A stretch of DNA of 64,000 bases, from NCBI GenBank assembly GCA_964016885.1, contig CAXHJY010000935.1, positions 1-64,000 of the forward strand, written 5' to 3'. Within the stretch, counting starts at the first letter, position 1; every line of letters starts with the position of its first letter. The notes beneath the pieces were generated by a model. The model saw only the letters and a list, made by a program, of their open reading frames with translations. It ran no database searches and was not told where the DNA came from. Both the position numbers and the translations under genes were made by a program. The stretch comes from Eledone cirrhosa (taxonomy: Eukaryota). This document shows, piece by piece, positions 51,791 to 64,000 of the stretch.

Positions 51791-51978
51791 GGCAGTGAAT
51801 TGGCAGTATCAGTAGAGGGTTGGACGCCATGCTTTCTAGCATAGTTACGTCCCTTTACATTCTGAGTTCAAATCCCGCCGAGGTTAACTTTGCCTTTCAT
51901 CCTTACGGGGTCGATAAAATAAAGTACCAGTAATGTACTGGGTAATTGCTAGCCTTGTGCCTAAAGTAGAAACAATTA
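51791..51978 (+). mobile_element. tRNA-derived SINE
   Basis: Nearly identical to 5590-5770. Further copies at about 26773, 43385, 45975, 57918, 59790, 60418, 60662, 61838 and 62643. Confidence 0.88.
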
Positions 51979-52534
51979 TATAAAATCTCCCCATTTTGCC
52001 TCATTTCTCCCCATTTTGGGAGCATTTTTTTCATGATACTCCCCGTTTGGGTTTTTAGAGGTTGTCATTAAACAAAATACCTCATGGTAGATATTCTAGC
52101 TCCATGTGACCTGTTTTTAAATTCAGTTAAGCTCAATTTTGCCTTTCATTCTTCTGAGATGAAAATGTGTGATAGTTGTTTATGAATGTCAAGTTCTTCC
52201 TTGGAGAAGAATGCACCAATCAACCTAAGTTAGTTACTAGTGTTATAAGAATAAACACAAGGCAGAACAAAATATATAGGAGAATCTGGAGATGGAGAGT
52301 ATGGAAGCTACAGGACATCTCTTTAAATAAGATCCCAGTCAAGGATGGTGGACTGGAAGAAGTCTTCCATTTGTTTACTGTCTAATTTTAAATCCTGTTG
52401 TGGTGTACTTGGGTGGCAGGCTTAACTAATCACCTAGTTTAGATTCTTTGTTTCTGATGATTTTATTGATCCTCCTATTCAATGTTTCATACTTATATAT
52501 ATCTTCTATTAAGTTTACAACTTTAATAGATTAT

Positions 52535-52988
52535 TGACATTGTTGTCATACTGTTGACATGACAAAAAGCACCCAGCCCATCCTGAAAGGTGGTCATGAT
52601 GGTAACATGACAAAAAGCACCCAGCCTACCCTGAAAGGTGAACATGATGGTGACATGACAAAAAGCACCCAGCCCACCCTGAAAGGTGGTCATGATGGTG
52701 ACAAGGCAAAAAGCACTAGAGTCCACTTTATAAGGTAGTTGTGCTGTTGACATAATGAAAAAATACCCAGTCCACCCTGTGTTGGTTGTTATGGTGCCAC
52801 AATAAAAAGCACCCAGTCTATGTTGTAAATATGTTTGGTGTTAGGAAGGGCATCCAGCCATAGAAACAAAGCCAGAAACGGTCTTGTATGAGTAAGACAC
52901 AGTCACCTGATCTAACTTGTCACACAACAGGACATGTCTAACCCATTAAAGCATGGAAAATGGACGTTAAACGATGATGATGATGATG
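52535..52988 (+). repeat. 48-bp minisatellite within a SINE-like repeat ending in an RTE-type (GAT)n tail
   Basis: GACATGACAAAAAGCACCCAGCC.ACCCTGAAAGGTGGTCATGATGGT repeated 3-5 times, then GGTGTTAGGAAGGGCATCCAGC and GCATGGAAAATGGACGTTAAACGATGATG. Confidence 0.7.
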
Positions 52989-53123
52989 TTGGCTGTTTCT
53001 AATCTGACTTGAATGTTCCATTTAAGCTTAATATAGTGGATTTCTGTTTACAATATGTTAAAGAATTGATATTGCTAATTCTTAATTCTTATATAATAAT
53101 ATAATTCTCTATCAACTGATCAG

Positions 53124-53240
53124 GTGAAAAGAAGTTTCTCATGGGAGATAAACCATGTGAAACTGATTGTGCCATATTTGGGATAATTGCAGTGACAAGA
53201 CAGATGCCAAAAACTAGCATTTGTGCAAAAATTATTGAAG
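53124..53240 (+). CDS. FAXC: FAXC-like copy 2, coding exon 5
   Basis: EKKFLMGDKPCETDCAIFGIIAVTRQMPKTSICAKIIE; 117 nt; CAG|GT acceptor and G|GTTAG donor. Confidence 0.93.
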
Positions 53241-53267
53241 GTTAGTATTACAATTTTTCTTGTTAAT

Positions 53268-56200
53268 CATCATCATCATCATCATTTTACGTCCGCTTTT
53301 CCCTGCTTGCAAGGGTGGGACGGGTCCTATTCAGCACAGCATCTCGCCACTTATCACGGTCCTTCGTCATCTCCACCGTGAGTTTCAACGATCTGAGGTC
53401 TGCTCTCACCACCTCTGCCCATGTTTTTTGTGGTCTTCCTCGACTGCGTCTTCCTTCTACTGGAATTTCTTGGCACTTCTTCACCCAGCGGTCATCCTCT
53501 ATGCGCATCATGTTCATACCATCTCAGTCTTCTCTCCTGCACACCACAACTTACCCCTCTTATACCCAGTTTCTTTCTCAACTCATCTATACTTGGTCAT
53601 TCATGCATATTGACATTGCACATCCACTGGAGCATGCTTGCTTCATTTCTCTCCAGCCGTCACATATCCTCTGCAGTTGCTGCCTATGTCTCACTACCAT
53701 GCAGCATCGCACATCTCACACAGGCATCATATAACCGTCCTTTCATACGCAGGGAGAAACCCTTCTTTGTCAACAGAGGAAGCAGCTCCCTAAACTTCTT
53801 CCAACCCATCCTTATTCTAGATACTATGGCCTTGGAACACCCCCCTCCCATGCTAATCTGATCTCCTAGGTACCGGAAGTTATCAACCACTTCTATAGAA
53901 CCCAGCTGCATTGGAAAAATGTGTCTTTCACTGTGATTACTACTGCCAACTTTTCCTGTACATTTACTGCATACGTAGTTTTCCCTACCTGTTAGTTTGC
54001 CTACTATCCCACTACATCTCTTGTGTACCCAAGATCTGCATTGCGTACATTTTATGGAATTTATGCCAGTTCCTTTTCTACATATCGAACATGGCCATTT
54101 CCCTGATGGAATCAGAGTATTGTCCTCTCTTCTACTCATCAACACTTTTGTCTTAGCTATGTTCACTCTCAGTCCTCTTGATTCCAACTGCTGTTTCCAT
54201 AGCCAGAATTTATTCTCTAGCTCCTCTACTGATTCTGCTATAAGAACCAGATCATCTGCATAGAGAAGTTCCCATGGGCATCCAGTCTTAAACTCCTCTG
54301 TTATGGCTTGGAGGACTATAATGAACAAGAGCGGGCTGAGGACCGAACCCTGATGTACACCTACTTGTATCTGGAATTCTTCACTAAATTCCATTCCTAC
54401 TCTCACTTTACTGACAGCAACTCTGTACATAGCTTGCACTGTCCTCACAAGCCATTGCTCTACACCTAGTTTCCTTAGGCACCACCAGATGACAGATCAG
54501 GGTACCCTATCAAAGGCCTTCTCTAGGTCAACAAAAGCTAAGTATAGTGGCTTATTCTTCTCTAAGAACCTCTCTTGTAGTTGTCTCACTAAGAAGAAGG
54601 CATCTGTTGTACTTTTCCGAGGCACAAAACCAAACTGCATCTCATCTAATTTGACCCTTTCTCTAATCAGTAGCGCTAATATTCTCTCTGCCACTTTCAT
54701 AAGCTGATCCATCAGCTTTATGCCCCTATACTTGCTCCTCTCCAGAGCATCTCCTTTACCTTTGTAGCAATTTATGAGAATACTGCTGCACCAGTCTTTG
54801 GGTATGGCACCACCATATATAGCTTGATTGATGATGCATGCAACCAGTTTAGTGCCCACTTCTGATGCCTTCAGCATCTCAGCAACTATCCCCAATGGTC
54901 CAGCAGCCTTACCATTCTTCATTTCCATAATTGCTTCTTGTACCCTATATTCGTCAATCTCAATAGCTGGTCCCTCTGTCAGGTCTACTGGGAGTAGTTT
55001 CTCTCTCCCCCATTCGTTCTCCACATTCATCAGTCTCTCATAATGACATTTCCAGGCCTCCTTTTTCTGATCATTCGTGACACTAAGTACACCGGCATCA
55101 TTCCGGACACACTTATCTCCAACAACATCCTGATTTGCACTGACACACTGCCTTGCAATGCGGAACACCGCACGTCTCTGATCTTCCCACCGCAGAACAT
55201 TGGCAAACCTCCTACTCTCAGCCTCCCTGCGTGCGAAGTACACCTGGCATCTAGCTTCTCTCTTAGCAGCTGTGTATCCTTCTCTACTTCCACCATTTTT
55301 CCAAGCGTTCCATGCTAGTCTTTTGTCTCTAATGGCCCTATCTACCGTGCTGGTCCGCCACCAGGTCACTCTCTGTGTGGTTGAAGCTCTGCCCCAGCCA
55401 CAAGTTTCTTCAGTAGCCTGCAGTAAGTTGTCACATAAGAAATTCCAGTTATCATCTATGTCATATGACTCTAAATCGTCTTCTTTTTCATCATACACAT
55501 CTTGAAGCGTTTTCCTAAATTTATATTTTAGTAAAAGGTCTTTTAGCTTCCAGACCTTTCTTTTCCACACCTTCCTGTATGTCTCATTCTGTCTCTTGCT
55601 TACTGAGATGTCACTAACGACTAATCTATGCTGTGGGGTACATTCTTCCCCAGAGTATGCCTTAGTATTTGACACCATCTCTCTGTCTCGCTGTCTAACT
55701 AATAAAAAATCAATCTGGCTTATGTGCTCGCCTGATTTGTAGGTTATTAGGTGGTTGCTAGGTTTCTGGAAGTTAGTGTTGCAAATGGTTAGTGCACTTG
55801 CATCACAAAATTCAAGAAGCCTCATTCCTTCTTCCTTTCTTGAGCCGTAACTGTGCCCACCATGTACCCCAGTGTATCCATCCTGGAGCTGTCCAATATG
55901 ACCATTGAAGTCCTCTGCTAGCATAACGATGTCTCCATCCTCTGTCATTAAGGTTGTTTGTAAAAGTTGCTCGTAAAAGCAGTCTTTCTCTTCTTTACCT
56001 AGGCCTGCCTGGAGAGCATAGGCAGAGATGATTGTCAGTAGTCTCTTGCCTACAACTAATCTAAGCTTAATTATTCTATTACTAACTCTAACTACCTCTA
56101 TTGTCTTATCGATCCATCTCTCAGCCGGTAATATGCCTACCCCACCTAACCTATCATCATTACCTACCCAGAAAAGCTTATAACTAAGATGTTTGCCTGC

Positions 56201-56275
56201 GATTAGTCTTGCAGAGGCACCTCTCCATCTCACCTCTTGCATGCAGCACACATGCCTTCTCTCCAGCATCCGTTG
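53268..56275 (-). mobile_element. RTE-clade LINE, about 3 kb, nearly intact (APE endonuclease, RT with PHD insertion), slightly 5'-truncated
   Basis: MQEVRW, DFNGHIG, SQIDFLL, QHRLVV (endonuclease); YRGIKL, AFVDLEKAFDRVP, GVHQGSVLSPLLF, LLYADDL, FRYLG (RT); few frameshifts and stops; (GAT)n tail. Confidence 0.95.
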
Positions 56276-56574
56276 GTCCATAATTGTTCTCTCCAGCATC
56301 CGTAATTGTTGGTGAGTTTGAATGAAATAAATAGTCATTGACCTAAGGTAGACGATTTACAACATTCTTACAGACTTTGAGTCAAATTGGTTTGAAATTG
56401 TGCAAATGTATAAACATGGAACATGCACACACAACAACAATCTGCCTTTTATAGATATGATATATATATATATATGTATGTATATATATATATATACAAA
56501 TCTCATACATATATACATATACAAATCTCATGCAAATATATATACTGTATGTATATATATATATATCTATCTAT

Positions 56575-56880
56575 CTAAGGCGGGTAAAATTCCCGAGATC
56601 CATGGACGAGTTCTCTCCAGCGGTCTCTGTCCTTCATTATCGCTGCCATATTCTGCATCTCCAACAGACCAGTGTCTGTCCTTAGGGCATCAACATATGT
56701 TAACCTTGGTCTTCCTCTTCTAGTGTGTCCATGTAGGGGCTCCCAAAGGAGCACTGAGTGCAATGTCAACTCTGGATGTCGGTGAGCATGTCCAGCCAAC
56801 CTCAGTCTCCTCTGTGTCACTTTTGAGCTGACTTTTGGGATGCTCCCATACAGCTCTGAGTTTTTCATCCTCAGTGTATG
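56575..56880 (-). mobile_element. RTE-like LINE 3' fragment
   Basis: RRLRLAGHAHRH...LLWEP.HG..RRGRPRLTYVD.L..DTGL...DRDRWR. Confidence 0.8.
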
Positions 56881-56946
56881 AGATAAATGGAAAAAGATGA
56901 GTATTGACGTACATGTACGTCAATACTCATCTTTTGCCATTTATCT
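56881..56946. repeat. 66-bp near-perfect palindrome with no spacer
   Basis: AGATAAATGGAAAAAGATGAGTATTGACGTACA|TGTACGTCAATACTCATCTTTTGCCATTTATCT. Confidence 0.85.
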
Positions 56947-58144
56947 GAGGGTTCTAAACCCCATTATGAGGCTAAAATTCCTTTAGTTAAAAATACTGTG
57001 AAAGCTATATATAAATATATATATATATTTACAACCGAAAAGTTTGGAGACATAAAAATAAAAATGTTAATGAAAATTTTTTCCTTGGTATGATCAAAGA
57101 AAAAGTTAATCTCCTACCAGCTCTATGAGATATTTACCCAAGCCAGGGCCCCGTTTGATGATCAGGTTTAGCTCGGTGTGGCGGGCAAAATAATCAGCAT
57201 TCAGGCGGCAGGACAAACCATGTAGACCTGTAGTTTATATGTCTATGTTTTTAAATTTGCAGCAATATGGTGTGGGTTTCTTTAAAATTATAATTTGACT
57301 GTATTTGCGAGTTACATTATATACAATGGTCAGCTGAAAAGTTCATAGGCTGATGTCAGTTTACCTGGAAAGAAACAATGCAGTTATTAATAAGAAGAGT
57401 TGAAATTAATGCATAGAAAATTTCACAGCTCTAGCATCATTCCTGATGAACTTTTCAGCTAATCCTTGTATGAGGATAAAATATGACATTTTATTAGTTA
57501 CAAAAAGTAGTGGTTGTATTACATTCAAGAGTTTGAGTTTTGTATTTTATGGCACCAAATTCAACATTTGAGTCTTTGGTTGTTTGAAATAAAAAAAAAA
57601 TAACTTATAATCGAGAAGTAAATATTAGTAGAACAAAGTTAAAGTTCTTTTTGTTTGCAAGATTAATCATAGGAAACCATAATTATGCTGACAAAAGTTT
57701 TTTTTTAAATAGGATTATAAACATTTTTTAGCTTGAGATGTGAGAGTATTATATTCACTAGCACAACCCATCAAAATTCCATGTTTCGTTAATCTTATTT
57801 CTATTTTGATTTATAAATTTATAGATCTTCATATTTCAAATATTTTTCCATCGCTGAGGTTGTTAATAGTTTAACACATGAACACAAGTCATGACATTAT
57901 CATCAAGGGTGGTGGATTGGCAAGGGTGGTGGATTGGCAGAATCGGTTGAGTGTCGGACAACATATTTAGCAGCATAGATTTATGACCCATTACATTCTA
58001 AATTCAAATCCTGCCAATGTTAGCTTTGCCTTTCATCCTTATGGGGTCGATAAAATAAACTACCAGTAATGCTTTAGGGTCGATTTAATCGACTTTCCCT
58101 TTCCCCTAAAATGGTTGGCCTTGTGCCTAAATCAGAAACCATTA

Positions 58145-59617
58145 TCATCATCTTCAACATCGTTTGCACGCTCATTTTTCCAAGCTTGCATGGGTAGAAA
58201 TGGTAACTTCATTTCTCTCCAGCCTATGCATGTCCTCTATAGTCACTGGCCATGTTTCATTATCATACAGCATCACACTTCACACACAGGCATCACACAG
58301 TCGTCTTTTTGTACATAGGCAGAAACCTTTCGTTGTGAACAGTGAGAGTAGCTCTCTAGACTGCTTCCATCCTATCCTTATTCTTGCTCTTTTTGCTGTT
58401 TATTAGGTCATCTAGATAGCAGAGGCTATCAACCATTTCTATGAATCCTTCTTGTGATTGGAAAAGGTTTATAACACTGACACTCTGCTCCTCGATTACC
58501 CCTGTGCATCTTCTACATACAAAGTCTTTCCCTCCTTTTAGTCTACCTGTTATACCATTATATCTCTTGAGTACCCAAGATTTACATTGTGTACATTGTA
58601 TAGAGTTTATGCCTACTATTTTTCTACATATTGAGCAGGGCAGTTTAAGACTAAGACTGGCTGTCCATGGGACTTTTATATGCTGACAACTTGTTTCTTG
58701 TAACGGAATCTATGAAAGAACTTGAGAAAAAATTTTGGTTGTAGAAACAGAAGACAGAATGAAAAGGGCTTCGAGTAAACTTAGTTGAGACCAAAGTTTT
58801 AGTAAGTAGGAAAGAAGACACAATGTTTGTCCTGTCAGGGAAGAGGCCTTGCCTGATATATAGAACAGGAGTGGGTGGAAACTTTGTACGACAAATGCCA
58901 TATAAATCTTGGGTACACAAGGTGTAGTGACATAGCAGGTAGACTAACACAAAAAGTAGACTTTGCATGTGGTAGATGTACAGGTGAACACCAGTGAAAT
59001 ATATTTTTTTCCAATCCCAAGCAGGTGTCATAGAAGTGATTGATAGTTTCTGCTACCCTGGTGACCTACTAAGTAGTGGTAGAGGATGCTATGAAAGCAT
59101 AGTAATTACAATAAGAACAGGAGAAAAAACGTTCAGGGAGCTATTACTGGTGTTGACAACAAAAGGTTTCTCTTTATGAATGAAAGGCTGACTGTATGAT
59201 GCCCACGTGTGATGTTGCATGGTAGTGAGACTTGAGCTGTGAATGCAAAAGATATCTAAAGGCTGGAGAGAAATTAAGTGAGCATACTTTAATGGCTCTA
59301 ATCTTAATGTGCATGAATGATGAAGAATGGATGAGCTGAGAGAAAAACTGGGTGTAATAAGAATTAGATGTAGTGTGCAAGAGAGAAGACAGCACTGGTA
59401 TGGACATGTAATGTCTAAGAATGATGATTGTTGGGTGAAGAAATGCCAAGAAATCCCAGTGGAAGGTAGCAGCAATAGAGAAAGACCAAGAAGAACTAGG
59501 GCAGATGTGGTGAGAACTGATCTCTAACTACTAAGGCTCACAGTAGAGATGTCAAAGGAATGCAATGAATGGTGCAATGCTGTGTTGCAGACATAAATGG
59601 CAGGGATGATGATGATA
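58145..59617. mobile_element. Two degenerate RTE fragments in divergent orientation (58145-58645 minus, 58655-59617 plus), same family as 53268-56275
   Basis: IEVIDSFCYPGD, LTTKGFSL, WYGHVMSKNDDCWVKKCQEIPVEG; degenerate PHD segment in both. Confidence 0.8.
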
Positions 59618-60164
59618 AAATTAATTTACCTTTTTATTTCTTGCTTTAATATTATTTAAAACTAAACTTTCACAGGCTGCTTGGATGATGAAAGTAAGAG
59701 AAGAATATACACTGTGTCGATATAGGTTATATGTTGTATAGGGTCAATAACTTCAAAAGAACCAACATTATTACTACAGTAAGTTATTACTACGTTCTGA
59801 GTTCAAATCACACAAAGGTTAACTTTACCTTTCATCCTTATGGGGTCGATAAAATAAAGTACCAGTAATGTACTTGGTAATTGCTGGCCTTATGTCAAAA
59901 GTAGAAACAATTATTATTACAGTAATAGAAGTGACAGTGAGAAAACAGGTTGCTTGTGAAACATTGATATTAAAGTGATTGGTAAATGAAGGCTTGTTTG
60001 TCAGTCAATGGCTTTTTCATGGATACAGTTCAGAATGTATGAGTGTGTGCATGTGCCTATGTGTGTGCATGAATGTATGTGAGGTTAATGGTGAACATGT
60101 ATGTGAGATAAGTGCACCATTCCATATATGCGGTATTACTCTTGTCGATAACCCATAGCCTAAA

Positions 60165-61038
60165 TGGTATGAGGAAACTTATCTATATTTAAAGGCCACA
60201 TCGAATTAAATGTAATCTTATGAGCCCACATTAAAGAAATGTTTTAGTCTCAAAAATGTAATTACATATAATGTGAAAATTTAATTATGAATAATAAAGA
60301 AATTTCCTTAATGTGGGCTCATAAAATTACATTTAATTGGAATGTAATGGGGCCTTTTGAAAAAAGTCTGCATTTTTCATACAAAAATAGATTTTTGTTG
60401 ATTATATATCATTATAGGGCAGTAGATTGGCAGTATCGGTAGAGTGTTGGACACCATGCTTTGCAGCATAGAGTTACCGCCCTTTACGGTCTGAGTTCAA
60501 ATCCTGCCGAGGTTAACTTTGCCTTTTATCCTTACGGGGTCGATAAAATAAAGTACCAGTAACGTACAAGGGTCGATTTAATCGACTTTTCCCTCCCCCC
60601 AAATTACTGGCCTTGTGCCTATAGTAGAAATCCTTATGTCTAATCATTATATATGTGGATTGGCGGTGGATTGGCAGTATCAGTAGAGGGTCGGACACCA
60701 TGCTTTGACACATAGAGTTATGGCCCTTGCCATTCTGAGTTCAAATCCCGCTGAGGTTATCTTTGCCTTTCATCCTTACGAGGTCAATAAAATAAAGTAC
60801 CAGTAATGCACTGGGATAATTGCTGGCCTTGTGCTAAAAGTAGAAACAATTATGTGTATTTGTGTGTGTGTAAGTCAATAAAGGTCAGTTTACATTTTTA
60901 TTTCATTATTATTCATAACTAAATTTTCACATTATATGTAATTACATTTTAGAGACTAAAACATTTCTTTAATGCGGGCTCATAAGATTACATTTAATTC
61001 GGTGTGGCCTTTAAATATAGATAAGTTTCCTCATACCA
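60165..61038. mobile_element. Fold-back element with about 135-bp terminal inverted repeats enclosing two SINEs
   Basis: TGGTATGAGGAAACTTATCTATATTTAAAGGCCAC... at 60165 and ...GTGGCCTTTAAATATAGATAAGTTTCCTCATACCA ending at 61038; no TSD seen. Confidence 0.7.
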
Positions 61039-62121
61039 ACTCTAGTTTAACTCTCAATGCCCTGTACTACTTGAAACCACATCAGCAAGATATTCATATG
61101 TATAAAATAGTGCTATGATTGCAGAAAGCTGGAGTTTGGTTCCTCTGTGTTCGGACCTGGTGTACATGTGTGTAAGACTGATTTATTTATCTGGTTTTAT
61201 ATATATATAAACAATAAACAGCAATGCCAATAAACATGTTACTAATAATGGCCTCACATTAAAAATTAAAGTCTTTTACTTTTGCCCAATATTGCAAATT
61301 TTCACAACAATCTATCCACTTGTAAATACATTGAATTAACGAACCTGTTTTAAAATATTTTTCTACTAAATCATTATGGGATACTAAGAGTTAAGGCATA
61401 TTAGGGTTCTATAAAGGATTAGAAGCTATACAGGCCTGAGGTGTATTTTAGTTCTAAAACAGAAACTTATCTTTGGGATACACTACTAGTCATTGCATCA
61501 ATTTATTTGAATTCCTATTAGATATTAGATTGTTAGGCTTTTATATTACTTATGTAATATGCTTTCATTAAAAGATATATATTTAAACCTTTCATGACTA
61601 TATTTCTAGTGAAATGCATTGTATTTTCATCAATTAAAGAAAAAATTGGAAAGGTTTAATAAATTTATTAATTATTTCATTATTAAGATGGTATATGTAA
61701 CATAACTCAACAAAAGATTCTTATATCAAATTATGTCAGAAGTTTTTTTTATTTAAATAGGAACCCTTGAAATTGGGTGGTTTTGTTAAATAGAAACAGC
61801 ACTGATTTGGGGCAGGTTGGTATCAAAAGGGTTAATTTGGATTGGCAGAATTGTTAGGGTACCAGACAAGAAGCTTTGCAGTATTTATTCTGTTATTTAT
61901 TTATTTATTTTTTAATGTTCTGAGTTCAAATCCTGCAAAGGCCAACTTATCATTTCATCCTTCTGAGGTCACTAAAATTAAGTACCAGTCAAGTATTTCA
62001 GTCAATTTAATTGACTAACCTTCAACAAATTTGTGAATTTGTGCCCATATTAGAAAAGAAATTATTATAAAATCATATATTAATATTTAACAATGTTATT
62101 TCTCTTCTTTTATTTCACCAG

Positions 62122-62240
62122 ATGACATCTTCCCAAACCTAACTGCCTACATTGAAAGAATGCAAGCCCTGTACTGGCCTGACTGGGCTGCTCCAGGCTG
62201 GAAAGTTCCAACATTTGGTCTTCAACCTCCAAAAGATTAA
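62122..62240 (+). CDS. FAXC: FAXC-like copy 2, terminal coding exon
   Basis: CCAG|AT. DIFPNLTAYIERMQALYWPDWAAPGWKVPTFGLQPPKD*. The spliced CDS is 840 nt, 279 aa and open. Confidence 0.93.
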
Positions 62241-63792
62241 TATACTTTCTTTACTTCTGTTGACGGACTTTTTTCTTCCAATATTTTCAAAGTTTTGCAC
62301 ATATTAAAGTTTATTGTTTGTTAATTATATTAGAATAGAATGAAAGCCTGCAGCCTAATGGTTAATGGGCTGGATTCAAGATTGTAAGATTGTGGGTTTG
62401 ATCCCTGGACCAGGCAATGCTCTAGTTCATTTAACTGAGTACTAGCAGCAGCTGGGATTAACCTTGTGTCAGACAAGCATCTTCTCCAGTCAGGGAGGGT
62501 CATGTACTCTCAGTTTGCTAATGCCACAGGAAAGCTCCAATATCAACCTCAAGGCCTGAGAGAGATATTTTAAAAATAAAATACTAAGATCTCAGTTTCA
62601 AGTATTGATATAATTACGTCAATTAGTTAATCTTCAAGTAAAGCAGTGGATTGGCAGAATTGTTAAAGTGTAACAGTGTTTCATTCGACTGTTTACTTTC
62701 TGAGTTCAAATATTGTTGAGGTCAACTTTGCCTTTCATCCTTCCAAGGTCAATAAAATAAAGTATTAGTCCAGAACTGAGGTTGATAGAATTGACTTTCC
62801 TTTTCCGCCAAATTGCTGGCCTGGTGCCAAAATTAGAAACCATTATATATTCAGGTTATTGAATCTCCTGCAATATTTATTAGACTGAAATCATCTTCTG
62901 TTATGTTCATCATCAACATCGTCCTCATCAGTTTAACATCTATTTTTTGTGTTTCCATCTGTTCAATGGGTTATTAAGTGATGGGGCTAGCCAGGTGAGA
63001 GGACCACGTCTTGCCCATACAGATCTGTTTTGGGTTTGGTCTTTTACTGCTGGATGCTCTTCTTAATGCCAACCACATTACAGTATGTACTGGGAGCTTT
63101 TCTCATGGCACCATTACTACTCTTTTACAGGGTGGACTGAGTGCTTGTTGTTGTAACACCAGTACAACCACCTAACAAGGTGAACTGGATACTACTTACT
63201 CCCTTACATAATGTATTGGGTGCTTTTTGTTGTGGCAACAGTACAACCGCATGGGGTAGACTGGGTGCATTTTATGGCACTAGATTTGATATATTCTTAA
63301 CTATATTTTTACAAGTTAGTTAGAGATTGTAAAGTTGCTAGCAGAATATATTTCTACCTTAATCCCTGTTCTGGGTTGTAACCATTTCACTTGGTTGAAA
63401 TAATTTTAGGCAGGTCAATGTTGTTGTTAGACCTCCATTGTATCTAATGGTGAGTGCTCTAGTCACTTCAATCAACAGAACTCCCTGCTCATGAAATTAA
63501 CATATAAGTAACTGAGCATTCTACAGATACATGAACTCTAAGAGTAGTTCTCAGGGAGATTCAGCATGACACAATGTGTGACAAGGCTGGCCCTTTGAAT
63601 TACAGGTACAACTTTTTTGTCAGTAGAGTGGACTAGAGCAATGTAAAACAAAGTGCCTTGCTCAAATACAAAACACACCACTTGGTCCATGAATTGAACT
63701 CACAACTATGTGATCTTAGGCCGAACACCCTAACCATTAAGCCACATACCCTCACAGCTGTGTCAATAACATGATGTTAATATCATTGTACA

Positions 63793-63993
63793 TTAACCCT
63801 TTAGCATTTACATTACTCTATATATACTATGGTATTTTTGTGGTAAGGCTTTATCTCACATAATATCGAATTTACAAGATTTTGATGTTATTTATTTTGA
63901 GATAAGTATAAGTGGCTTCTTATGGCCGGTCTGAACAGAGAAAGGTGAGAGAATTCTGGCCTGATATATCCGGTTTAAATGCTAAAGGGTTAA
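63793..63993. mobile_element. piggyBac-like MITE, complete
   Basis: TTAA-CCCTTTAGCATTTA ... TAAATGCTAAAGGG-TTAA. Confidence 0.85.
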
Positions 63994-64000
63994 CCAGGAG

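Overview
AT-rich, microsatellite- and transposon-dense eukaryotic DNA. The SINE families and repeat landscape suggest an octopus or other coleoid cephalopod (inference). Host genes, all on the + strand: the terminal coding exon of a dual oxidase (926-1048) and two tandem six-coding-exon paralogues of the failed-axon-connections (FAXC/metaxin-like GST) family at about 11.7-27.1 kb and 42.8-62.2 kb, reconstructed exon by exon from splice sites and phases. The rest is nested mobile DNA: a hAT transposase pseudogene split by a Gypsy LTR element that itself carries a SINE, an older Gypsy relic, a 5.5-kb hAT-type element with perfect TIRs and TSD splitting an RTE LINE, RTE, L1/Tx1, CR1 and Penelope fragments, MITEs, a Helitron 3' end and about 20 tRNA-derived SINEs. 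The most notable observations are: (1) fold-back cassettes embedded in (TA)n arrays, two of which carry recognisable type I hammerhead ribozymes; (2) exon-restricted homogenisation of the two FAXC-like paralogues with an excess of amino-acid changes; (3) ATA at the position of the paralogue's start ATG in gene copy 1; (4) a PHD finger inside an RTE reverse transcriptase whose 3' end is shared with a SINE; (5) two Gypsy elements that both lack the N-terminal gag and share a leader motif. All counts are by eye and no database search was run.
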